Of a DNA stretch of 64,000 bases, positions 56,459 through 64,000 are shown in pieces. Position numbers and translations under genes: made by a program. Below the pieces are notes generated by a model that saw only the letters and a list, made by a program, of their open reading frames with translations, was not told where the DNA came from and ran no database searches. The stretch comes from Candidatus Shapirobacteria bacterium. GTDB taxonomy: Bacteria; Patescibacteriota; Microgenomatia; UM-FILTER-40-11. The first letter of the stretch is position 1, and the number at the start of each line of letters is the position of its first letter. The stretch covers positions 2,414 through 66,413 of the forward strand of contig JAGVBK010000002.1 in assembly GCA_020059745.1 (NCBI GenBank), read 5' to 3'.

Positions 56459-57211
56459 CTACTGCAGTTTTGACAGCATTTCTTCGGGAAAATCAAAGTT
56501 AGCATAAACCTTCTGAACATCATCCAGAGATTCAAGCTTTTCAATCAACCCCATCACCTGCTGTGCGGTTTTGGTATCATTTATTGGCATCATGTTTACC
56601 GGCTTCATTACAAGCTCCACACTCTTTGGCTCAATCCCCTCTGCTGTTAACTTGTCTTTAAAAACCATCAGGTTGTCAGGGTGAACATATATTTCCAAAA
56701 GCTCGCCAGCTTCTTCAACATCCTCAGCCCCTATGTCAATTAACCTAAGGATTAATTCGTCTTTACCCTCTTTTGCCTCAACGGTAATCAGGCCCTTTTT
56801 TTCAAAGTTAAATGCTACTGAACCCGGAGAAGCGACGCTGCCACCTGCTTTGTCGAAGATATTTTTTACTTCTTGAACCGTTCTTTGCTTGTTGTCTGTA
56901 GCGGTTTCCACAAGAATACCCACCCCGCCTGGACCATAACCTTCATAGGTAACCTCAGTAAAGCCGTCACCTTCGCCTTTTCCGGCTGCCCGGTCTATGG
57001 CTCTTTGCACATTGTCCTTGGGCATGTTAGCCGCCCTTGCTTTTTCCAAAACCAAACGGAGCTTAAAATTATGGTTAGGATCAGTAATACCGCCAGACTC
57101 TCGAACAGCAATTATAATTGCATTTGAAATCTTGGTAAAGACCTGGCCTCTTTTCTGATCACTTACCTCTTTTTGTCTGTGAATAGTCGCCCATTTCGAA
57201 TGACCTGACAT
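56459..57211 (-). CDS. yebC: YebC/PmpR family DNA-binding transcriptional regulator
   Basis: MSGHSKWATIHRQKEVSDQKRGQVFTK is the conserved N-terminus. 250 aa. Confidence 0.9.
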   Translation of the reverse strand: MSGHSKWATIHRQKEVSDQKRGQVFTKISNAIIIAVRESGGITDPNHNFKLRLVLEKARAANMPKDNVQRAIDRAAGKGEGDGFTEVTYEGYGPGGVGILVETATDNKQRTVQEVKNIFDKAGGSVASPGSVAFNFEKKGLITVEAKEGKDELILRLIDIGAEDVEEAGELLEIYVHPDNLMVFKDKLTAEGIEPKSVELVMKPVNMMPINDTKTAQQVMGLIEKLESLDDVQKVYANFDFPEEMLSKLQ

Positions 57212-57289
57212 CTTAACTGCTTTCTGGCTACTTTCTACTGTCTACAGTAATAAAAAACAGCAAACTGTAAGCTATAAGCTTTGTACATT

Positions 57290-58195
57290 TTACCATTTTT
57301 TACCCTCATTTTTCCAGTAATTCTCTCCAAAAACTATGGTAACGTCCGCCCTTGCCTCTTCGTTGCCAATTTGCTCAACCGGACAGTCGTATATGTACCT
57401 TATCCACCTTAGAGTATAACTTTCCCTTGGGTCTTTTCCGGTAATGATGCGGCATCTTTCTTGTTTTTCCGGCGCATCCGCAATCCTGACAATTCTTCCT
57501 CCTGACTTGTCAAACAACCGAGACATTCTCTGGGCTAAACCGCTTTGCTCAGTGGCATTAAGCACTTCTATTGAAAGCGACTCCTCTCTAATTTTTCTGT
57601 CTTTGAAAAAATCCCCTGCTTCACCGTTATAGTTTACTAGTTTTACCAAAGAAGAATTTATCCTTAAAGATTTGACCAGAAGTACAATAAGATCAACTTT
57701 ACTAAGGTTCGTTTTTAACTCCCCCTTTAACCCTCTAAAAAAGATTTTGAAAAAAAGTCGGCGGGAAGAATTAAGATAAAAATCGGCCTTGCTTTTCTCA
57801 TCATAGAAATAGCCAAAAATTGCTACGGGAATATTTTCCTGCAGAGTTTCTGCAAGAAGCTCCCCTCCTTTGCCTTCAAGCTCTCCCAAAGCATAAACTT
57901 TTCTAAGTTCATATTCGCCAAAACCTCTGGTTACCCTGAACTTATTATAAACAGGCAAAGTTAAAACTAATCCATTTTGCTCTTCAAAAGAAAAAACAAA
58001 AGGATTTTTTTCTTTATCAATAAAAACAAAATTCACCCTGTTTAAGGAAAGAAAGCTTGATGTCTTTAGCTTTAAGTAAACCAAAACGGAAAAAATTAGG
58101 CCAAAGAAAAGGCCAAGGAAGACAAAAAAGACAAAAAAATTTGCGGCCTTTACTTCTTTCTTTTTTGTTCTTTTTTTCTTGCTCATAAAACCCAT
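57290..58195 (-). CDS. hypothetical membrane-anchored protein, possibly LytR-CpsA-Psr / LytR_C-like
   Basis: Basic N-terminus, one TM, then an extracytoplasmic domain. The C-terminal segment ...RIADAPEKQERCRIITG...ADVTIVFGENY resembles a LytR_C domain. Weak. Confidence 0.35.
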   Translation of the reverse strand: MGFMSKKKRTKKKEVKAANFFVFFVFLGLFFGLIFSVLVYLKLKTSSFLSLNRVNFVFIDKEKNPFVFSFEEQNGLVLTLPVYNKFRVTRGFGEYELRKVYALGELEGKGGELLAETLQENIPVAIFGYFYDEKSKADFYLNSSRRLFFKIFFRGLKGELKTNLSKVDLIVLLVKSLRINSSLVKLVNYNGEAGDFFKDRKIREESLSIEVLNATEQSGLAQRMSRLFDKSGGRIVRIADAPEKQERCRIITGKDPRESYTLRWIRYIYDCPVEQIGNEEARADVTIVFGENYWKNEGKKW

Positions 58196-59370
58196 TCTGA
58201 TTTTAACTTATGAAAACTTCCCTGGTTTATAGACTCTCTTATCTTTCTTACTAATTTTTCCATAAAACTTAAGTTATGATAAGTCGCCAATTTGTAGGCC
58301 AAAAGCTCGTTTGATTTAAAAAGGTGGTTAAGATATCCTCGGCTGTAATTTCTACATACAGCACAACCACAGTCTTTTTCGAGAGGTTCTTTGCTCGCTT
58401 TAAAAGCCGGTTTAGTTACATCATAAGAATATTTAACTTCATTTTTTGTGTCTTTATAAGGCCGGCAAAGAAGGTGCCCCATCCGTCCCAGCCTGGTTGG
58501 CATTACACAGTCAAAGCTATCAATTCCCCTTTCTACTAAAGCAAAAATATCATCTATCTCGCCCACCCCTAATAAATGCCTTGGTTTTTTATCAGGCAAA
58601 TAAGGCACTGTCCAATCAAGCACCTCCTGCATTTCCTTTTTACTCTCTCCTACCGAAACTCCGCCAATGGCAATTCCAGGAAAATCTAACGAAACAATAT
58701 ATTTAGCCGACTGCTCTCTTAGTTCCCTATAAACACCTCCCTGAATAACACCATATAAAGCCTGGTAGTCCCTACCTACCTTTTTATAAGCCTCAAGGCT
58801 CCTTAAAGCCCAACGATGGGTTCTTTCCATAGCACTCTTTGCATATTCCTTTGTTGCCGGATAATAAGTACATTCATCAAAAGCAATTATTAAGTCCGCT
58901 CCTAAAATTGACTGGGCTTCAATGGAAAACTCAGGGCTAAAGAAATGCTTAGAGCCGTCAAGGTGTGAACGAAAAGAAACCCCGTCTTCGGTTATTTTAA
59001 CCAAAGCCGGCTCAGTTTCTTCATGAATTATCCCCAACCTTCTTTTAGTATTTCTCCTTCCCAAAGAAAAAACCTGAAAACCTCCTGAATCAGTAATTAA
59101 TGGACCCTTCCAGCCGATAAATTCATGCAAACTCCCGAAATTTTTGATCATCTCAAGCCCGGGCCTTAAATAAAGGTGGTAGGTGTTAACAAAAAAAAGC
59201 TGAACCCCAATTTCTTTAAGTTCCCGATTATCGATTGACTTTACCGTTGCCTGGGTACCAACCGGAACAAAAGCCGGTGTTTCTATCTGGCCGTGAAGAG
59301 TTTTTATTATTCCTGTTCTCGCCCTTGAATTTTTATCTTCTTTTAAAACCTCAAAACTGAATTTACCCAT
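58183..59370 (-). CDS. tgt: queuine tRNA-ribosyltransferase (tRNA-guanine transglycosylase)
   Basis: LITDSGGFQVFSL catalytic Asp region and zinc site CGCAVCRNYSRGYLNHL. Confidence 0.9.
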   Translation of the reverse strand: MGKFSFEVLKEDKNSRARTGIIKTLHGQIETPAFVPVGTQATVKSIDNRELKEIGVQLFFVNTYHLYLRPGLEMIKNFGSLHEFIGWKGPLITDSGGFQVFSLGRRNTKRRLGIIHEETEPALVKITEDGVSFRSHLDGSKHFFSPEFSIEAQSILGADLIIAFDECTYYPATKEYAKSAMERTHRWALRSLEAYKKVGRDYQALYGVIQGGVYRELREQSAKYIVSLDFPGIAIGGVSVGESKKEMQEVLDWTVPYLPDKKPRHLLGVGEIDDIFALVERGIDSFDCVMPTRLGRMGHLLCRPYKDTKNEVKYSYDVTKPAFKASKEPLEKDCGCAVCRNYSRGYLNHLFKSNELLAYKLATYHNLSFMEKLVRKIRESINQGSFHKLKSEWVL

Positions 59371-59439
59371 TAAATTAATTTATGAAAAAAAATGTTAATA
59401 AAACAAGCACAAAAAAAAGAAGAAAAACCAGGCATACAC

Positions 59440-59835
59440 CTATGATACCTTTTGCTTTTTTCTGAAGTCAACGAGAAATAACGCAAATCCTAAGGCAATC
59501 ACTGCGTCAGCCAAATTAAAAGCAGGAAAAAGCCAAAAGCTTAGATAGTCCACAACTCCTCCTCTGATAACCCTATCCAAATAATTTGAAAGCCCTCCGC
59601 CAATAATTAAAACCAGGCTTAAACTCCGGGGAAACTTCTTAATTGAAAAAACAAAGAAAACCGCGATAAAAAAAGGCAGGATAAAAAGAAGCAGTTTAGA
59701 AAAAAACGGATTTTCAAAAAGACCAAAAGAAATGCCTTTGTTAATTAACACCCCTGTTTTTAAGAAAAAAAATTTAGCAAGCTGGTCAAGGACAACAATC
59801 AGAAGAAAAATTACTTGGCCTTTTCTTTTTCGCAT
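59440..59835 (-). CDS. lspA: lipoprotein signal peptidase II
   Basis: NKGISFG and FNLADAVIALG motifs (catalytic Asp). Four TM helices in 131 aa. Confidence 0.7.
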   Translation of the reverse strand: MRKRKGQVIFLLIVVLDQLAKFFFLKTGVLINKGISFGLFENPFFSKLLLFILPFFIAVFFVFSIKKFPRSLSLVLIIGGGLSNYLDRVIRGGVVDYLSFWLFPAFNLADAVIALGFALFLVDFRKKQKVS

Positions 59836-60173
59836 TTAATGCAAACCGTGGCTTCAGGAAAAACTGTCAAGCGGTCTGTATCAATCATTTTACCGCACTT
59901 CTCACAAACTCCATATTTGCCGATTTTTATTCTTGTTAAAGCTTTTTTGACTTGAACAAGTTTTCTGTCAATTTCTTTTTTTAAGCCTTCAACATTGGCA
60001 TGGCCAAACTGTTCGGAAGCATCAGCGTCAGAAGAAGCATTGTCGAGAATTCTTTTGGGATCCTTAAAAGGATCTTCGCTATCAAGCTCCTTTTTTCTTT
60101 TACTAAGCTTTTCTTCTTCTTTGCTTAAAAATTGCCTTATGGGTTCAATCAATTTTGCCGGAAAAATACTCAT
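59811..60173 (-). CDS. DksA/TraR-family C4 zinc-finger protein
   Basis: CEKCGKMIDTDRLTVFPEATVCIKC (C4 zinc finger) after a coiled-coil region. Confidence 0.75.
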   Translation of the reverse strand: MSIFPAKLIEPIRQFLSKEEEKLSKRKKELDSEDPFKDPKRILDNASSDADASEQFGHANVEGLKKEIDRKLVQVKKALTRIKIGKYGVCEKCGKMIDTDRLTVFPEATVCIKCEKEKAK

Positions 60174-60943
60174 ACGCTTTTATTTAATTTAATAAATTTT
60201 AGGTCTTCTTTTATTTTCCTTTCAGAGCGGTGATAAAGAATTACCAAAGATAGTAAACCCAAAACCCCTAATAAACATTTAGAGTATAATCCATGGTTTT
60301 TCAAAAAAGCAAGTATCAAAAAAAAGAAAGACAGCATTAAACTGTAGAAAGAAAAAAGAAACCCGGTTTTGCCGCTTTTATACCAGACAAAAGAACGATA
60401 TCTATTTTTAATAAAAGGAAAGGAAAAAAGCCCGATTATGCCTAAAACCGGATAATAAAGATCAATAAGCAAGCCCGAGCTAAGGAAAAAACCAATTCCG
60501 CCAATAAAAATAGAAACCAGTAAAGGAAGAACGAGGCTGTCCATAATTTCCCAACTATTAATCTTTATTTTTCTGGCACGGGCAAAAGCAGCCAAAAAGG
60601 CGCCGGCAAAAGCACCTTCTAAGGAAAAATTAGCCTCATGGTTTAAAACTAACCAACTAGTTAAAGATATTCCAAAAGTTGGCAAGTTAGCTAAAACAAA
60701 GATAAGCCTTGAGGCAACAACGGCAAAAACAAAAATTAGGATAGTTAAGTTGAAAATTTCATCTTCCCTGACATCTTCTTTCAGGCTTCTCCAAATAAAA
60801 AAAGAAGATAAAAACCCAGCCGCGGCCAGGCCTGTCAAAAAGGGAGTAACCGTAAAATTTCCGACTGAAAATGAAAGATCAGGCATGCTTGTTTGTCTTT
60901 GACTTAGCCATTCTATCACAATATACTTTAACCATGTTTTCAT
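60170..60943 (-). CDS. polytopic membrane protein, possibly prolipoprotein diacylglyceryl transferase (Lgt-like)
   Basis: 257-aa membrane protein immediately upstream of lspA, with a loose resemblance to the Lgt N-terminal region. Low confidence in the function. Confidence 0.4.
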   Translation of the reverse strand: MKTWLKYIVIEWLSQRQTSMPDLSFSVGNFTVTPFLTGLAAAGFLSSFFIWRSLKEDVREDEIFNLTILIFVFAVVASRLIFVLANLPTFGISLTSWLVLNHEANFSLEGAFAGAFLAAFARARKIKINSWEIMDSLVLPLLVSIFIGGIGFFLSSGLLIDLYYPVLGIIGLFSFPFIKNRYRSFVWYKSGKTGFLFSFYSLMLSFFFLILAFLKNHGLYSKCLLGVLGLLSLVILYHRSERKIKEDLKFIKLNKSV

Positions 60944-61401
60944 TCGCTCATGCTTTTACCGGCGGCACAATTGCCTATGCCGCAGAAAATCCCCTAGTTG
61001 CTCTTCCCCTTGCTCTAACTTCACACTTTGTCCTTGATATGCTTCCCCATTGGAACCCCGATATCCCCAAAGAAAAGAAAAAATTCGGTAAAATCAGTAA
61101 AAAAACCCAGTTTATAATTTTTCTTGATGTTCTCCTGGCGTTAGTTTTAGGTTTATTTATTGCTAGCCTCGCCTACGTAAAATCAGCCCAAACAAGCAGT
61201 TTTGTAAGAATAATTTTAGGGTGTTTTTTCGCAGTACTACCCGACCTTATTGAGGCCCCACTCCTTCTTTTTAATATAAAAGGCGAATTTCCAAAAAGGC
61301 TTCTTAAAATTCAGTCAAAATTGCAGTGGAATATTCCTCTTCCCTGGGGACTTATAACTCAAGTAGTTTTAGTTATTTCTCTTTTTTTAGTTTTCTTCTA
61401 G
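60871..61401 (+). CDS. hypothetical membrane protein
   Basis: 176-aa ORF with 4-5 hydrophobic helices. Its 5' end overlaps the divergent lgt-like gene, so the true start is probably the internal Met at about 60934. Confidence 0.35.
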   Translation: MKDQACLFVFDLAILSQYTLTMFSFAHAFTGGTIAYAAENPLVALPLALTSHFVLDMLPHWNPDIPKEKKKFGKISKKTQFIIFLDVLLALVLGLFIASLAYVKSAQTSSFVRIILGCFFAVLPDLIEAPLLLFNIKGEFPKRLLKIQSKLQWNIPLPWGLITQVVLVISLFLVFF

Positions 61402-61404
61402 TTT

Positions 61405-62493
61405 TTAGGTAGAATTTGGCAGAACCATGGGAACAACAGGAGTTTTATAGCTCGTAACAATTGAAATGATTAAAGCGCTAATCATTATCAAGAAAGGCAG
61501 AATTGCCAAAAAAATGTAAAAAAACTCAATCTTTTTTGAAGGCACAAAGTCTTCGTCGCCTTTTAAGCGGCGCACATGTTCAAAAAGCCTGTAGCAGTAA
61601 ACAAGAACAAAACCTGAAAGAATTATGTTTCCAGTATTGGTTAGCAAGCTCAAAAAGGTATTTTTATTATTTTTCACAATAAGCCCAAGAAGAAAAGAAA
61701 AAATGAAAGAGACAAGAAAGATAGCTGCTTCTGCAAAAATAATTCTGCCTATAACCTTTGCCCTGGCCCTGTTTACATAATAACGGCTTTTAAGCAAGGC
61801 TTTAAGCCCATAAACATCCTCTGTAATGACCACAAAAATGACAAAAGAAAGCGAAAAAGCAATAAATATGCCTGGAAAAATAAAGAAAATAAAGCCTCCA
61901 AAAATTATTAAACCCATCAGCGCTCCTGCCCACCAAACCTTAAAGAATTTTTTACCGGCGGCTTTTAAGTAGTCCATTATCTTTCTTTTTTCGTTGCCGG
62001 AAAGAGCCTCGACAAAAGCAATTATTGAAAGGTAGCTAAAATAAAAAGACAGAATAATGAAAACAGCGACAAGGACAAAAACGATAATCATGTTAGACGA
62101 TGAAAAGCCTGCTCCCCTGTTTATAAAGATTGCTGAAACACCAGCCCCAAAAACCGTAACTAAAAGAAAAATTAAGGCTTGCAATAAAAGAGGAACAAAA
62201 AGTATGCCAAGAAGAGTTGGAAGCTTATCTTTGATTGACAAGAAAGTTTCTTTTAACAAGCTAAAAGGGCCGGGAATTGTCCCCGGATTGTTATTTTCCG
62301 GCCGGGATTGACCCTGGAGCATTGACGAAGAACTCGCAACAGCCGGAGTTTGTGGTTCATTAGCTTTTTTAAAAGCTTCATTAATATCGATTTCTTGCCA
62401 ACCGTTTGCCCTTAAAACTTCCTTTATCTTTCCCCCCCCCACCCCCGAGGTTGTTTGTACTTTAATGTAGTCCATTAATTCTTCAGTAACCAT
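61405..62493 (-). CDS. hypothetical membrane protein with an N-terminal soluble domain
   Basis: 362 aa: a soluble N-terminal region of about 70 aa, a Pro/Ser-rich linker, then 6-7 TM helices. Confidence 0.4.
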   Translation of the reverse strand: MVTEELMDYIKVQTTSGVGGGKIKEVLRANGWQEIDINEAFKKANEPQTPAVASSSSMLQGQSRPENNNPGTIPGPFSLLKETFLSIKDKLPTLLGILFVPLLLQALIFLLVTVFGAGVSAIFINRGAGFSSSNMIIVFVLVAVFIILSFYFSYLSIIAFVEALSGNEKRKIMDYLKAAGKKFFKVWWAGALMGLIIFGGFIFFIFPGIFIAFSLSFVIFVVITEDVYGLKALLKSRYYVNRARAKVIGRIIFAEAAIFLVSFIFSFLLGLIVKNNKNTFLSLLTNTGNIILSGFVLVYCYRLFEHVRRLKGDEDFVPSKKIEFFYIFLAILPFLIMISALIISIVTSYKTPVVPMVLPNST

Positions 62494-62576
62494 TTGATAT
62501 CAAGCATAAAATTAAAAGTAAAATAATGCAATCTTCTCTTCATTCCTAAGGCTTTTTTTGGTAAAATAGCACTATT

Positions 62577-62663
62577 GCCGAGGTGGCGGAATGGTAGACG
62601 CGCAGGTCTCAAAAACCTGTGGGCCTAAAGCTCGTGAGGGTTCGAGTCCCTCTCTCGGCACCA
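62577..62663 (+). tRNA. tRNA-Leu (anticodon CAA), long variable arm, CCA encoded
   Basis: GCCGAGGTGGCGGAATGGTAGACGCGCAGGTCTCAAAAACCTGTGGGCCTAAAGCTCGTGAGGGTTCGAGTCCCTCTCTCGGCACCA. Anticodon loop CTCAAAA. Confidence 0.85.
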
Positions 62664-62679
62664 AAAGAAAATTCTTCCT

Positions 62680-64000
62680 TTAATACCTTCTTATCAAAGC
62701 ATCTTTTGGATATTCATACTTTTCAATTACTTCTTTATTATTTTCGTTTCTTTTAACAAAAATAATTGTGAACTCATCCGTCCAAACCAAAGCCCACCTT
62801 GAATCATTAAGCCTATTTGAAAGAAAAGCTCTTGCCCAATCAGTCCCGTCTAGCTTGTTAAACACGATAACATTAAAACCCAAATGGTCATCTACTTCTT
62901 GCCATACTTTTTCATTCTCCTGCATGGGAATGTATATTTTTTTAAAAAAATCAGACGGATATGCCTCGGGTCGATTATCCACAAAAACTTTTTCATACGG
63001 ATAAAGATGATAAATCAGGTACCCCCCAATATCATAATTGTTAAAAATCGGGCCAGATATTTCTTCTTTTTTAATAAACTCTGCTGCTGAAACTCCGTTA
63101 CATAATCCAATCCCTGCCCGATACTTAAAAAAAGAAAGCCAATAAGCAGGGTTTGCACAAAAATTAACAAGGACAATCAAAAAAAAGAGCGAATAAACCA
63201 AGAAAAGTGCTGTTATTTTGTCTTTAATTATCTGTTCTTGGCCGGTTAATAACTTTATGTTTTTTGCGGTAGTAACTGTTGCAAATAAACCAAAGATGGC
63301 AAAGTTCCTGGTTGCAGACCAAGCCAAAACTGAGAAAAAGATATAAAAAATTATATTCCTTATTTCAACACTTTTCCTTTTATACATGGGGATAATCCAC
63401 GAAAAAAATGAGGCGGCAAAAACCATTTTAAAAGATAAGGTCATTTTGCCATACCCGAACATGTCATGAACGAAAACAGACACGTTTTCTGAAACTGGAT
63501 AAGAATAATTATCAAAAATATTTAAAGGATAAAGCATTCCCTTTATCCCAGCGGGGTTAACTAAAACAGCGGCTAAGGAAATTAGCCCAATAATTACTAT
63601 ATCTTTAATTGTTTTATTATTAGAACTATTATCTATTTTTCTGGTTTTATTAATAAAACTGCCAATTACTGCTTCCAGCCAAAAAATGCTAAGAATAAAA
63701 AAACCTAAAAAGAAATAAATATGCAAATTTATCCATAAAAGCTCAATAAGAGGAATTAAAAACAGCCATTTTATCTTTAAATTATTAAGTTTATAAGTTA
63801 ATAGTATCCAAAAAATTAAACCTGAAAAAAGATATGAAAAAACTTCAGGACGAACTTCCACCCTACTCAAACTTACGGGAATAAATAAAAGAGAAACCAA
63901 TAAGGCACTAGTAAAATCTGATTCTCTTTTAGCTATTTTAAAAAAAAGATAAAATGTGGAAATATTTAGAAAAATAAAGAAAACTGAAAGTCCGGTAAAC
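62680..64000 (-). CDS. large polytopic membrane protein (possibly a glycosyltransferase-like C/PMT-type fold); the N-terminus extends beyond the window
   Basis: The frame stays open from the track TTG at 63900 up to the window edge (...FYLFFKIAKRESDFTSALL-VSLLFIPVS...). Multiple TM helices followed by a C-terminal soluble domain. Confidence 0.45.
   Translation of the reverse strand, partial: FTGLSVFFIFLNISTFYLFFKIAKRESDFTSALLVSLLFIPVSLSRVEVRPEVFSYLFSGLIFWILLTYKLNNLKIKWLFLIPLIELLWINLHIYFFLGFFILSIFWLEAVIGSFINKTRKIDNSSNNKTIKDIVIIGLISLAAVLVNPAGIKGMLYPLNIFDNYSYPVSENVSVFVHDMFGYGKMTLSFKMVFAASFFSWIIPMYKRKSVEIRNIIFYIFFSVLAWSATRNFAIFGLFATVTTAKNIKLLTGQEQIIKDKITALFLVYSLFFLIVLVNFCANPAYWLSFFKYRAGIGLCNGVSAAEFIKKEEISGPIFNNYDIGGYLIYHLYPYEKVFVDNRPEAYPSDFFKKIYIPMQENEKVWQEVDDHLGFNVIVFNKLDGTDWARAFLSNRLNDSRWALVWTDEFTIIFVKRNENNKEVIEKYEYPKDALIRRY

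Overview
AT-rich, gene-dense chromosomal segment from a small-genome bacterium. The gene content looks like Candidate Phyla Radiation / Patescibacteria, but that is an impression, not a verified assignment. Most of the window is housekeeping. The + strand carries the end of rlmN, thrS, infC-rpmI-rplT, pheST, tyrS, recG, rpmF-nusB-rnc-rpsP-khpA, a holB-like gene, gyrB and gyrA. The - strand carries rarA, a MacAB/YknXYZ-like ABC exporter, a class A PBP, xerC, yebC, tgt, lspA and an lgt-like gene. A complete type IV pilus locus (pilB-pilT-pilC-pilin-pilD, eight more pilin-like genes, pilM/N/O-like genes) lies on the - strand at 34.8-47.4 kb. Six tRNA genes were identified by eye: Lys-CTT, Arg-TCG, Leu-TAG, Val-GAC, Leu-CAA, plus partial copies. 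No rRNA, CRISPR array or clear prophage was seen. The four most unusual regions are listed here. (1) At 4.8-5.6 kb a tRNA-Lys gene is followed by two extra copies of its 5' half. Each extra copy carries a GC-rich hairpin inserted at the same D-loop position and sits directly upstream of a small GIY-YIG nuclease ORF; one of those ORFs has no start codon. (2) At 27.2-30.8 kb, between tyrS and recG, a 30-aa ORF with a strong SD precedes two adjacent radical-SAM/SPASM-type enzymes and a convergent amidohydrolase. This looks like an undescribed RiPP-like modification cassette. (3) A T-box-like leader precedes thrS. (4) A four-segment attenuator-like leader with a 17-aa ORF lies between rplT and pheS. 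Lesser oddities are a B-domain-less pyruvate kinase, a eukaryote/archaea-type DRG GTPase, recently homogenised pilin paralogs, and a roughly 600-bp noncoding island next to xerC. All calls come from reading the sequence and ORF translations by eye. No database search was run, and coordinates of RNA features are approximate to a few nucleotides.
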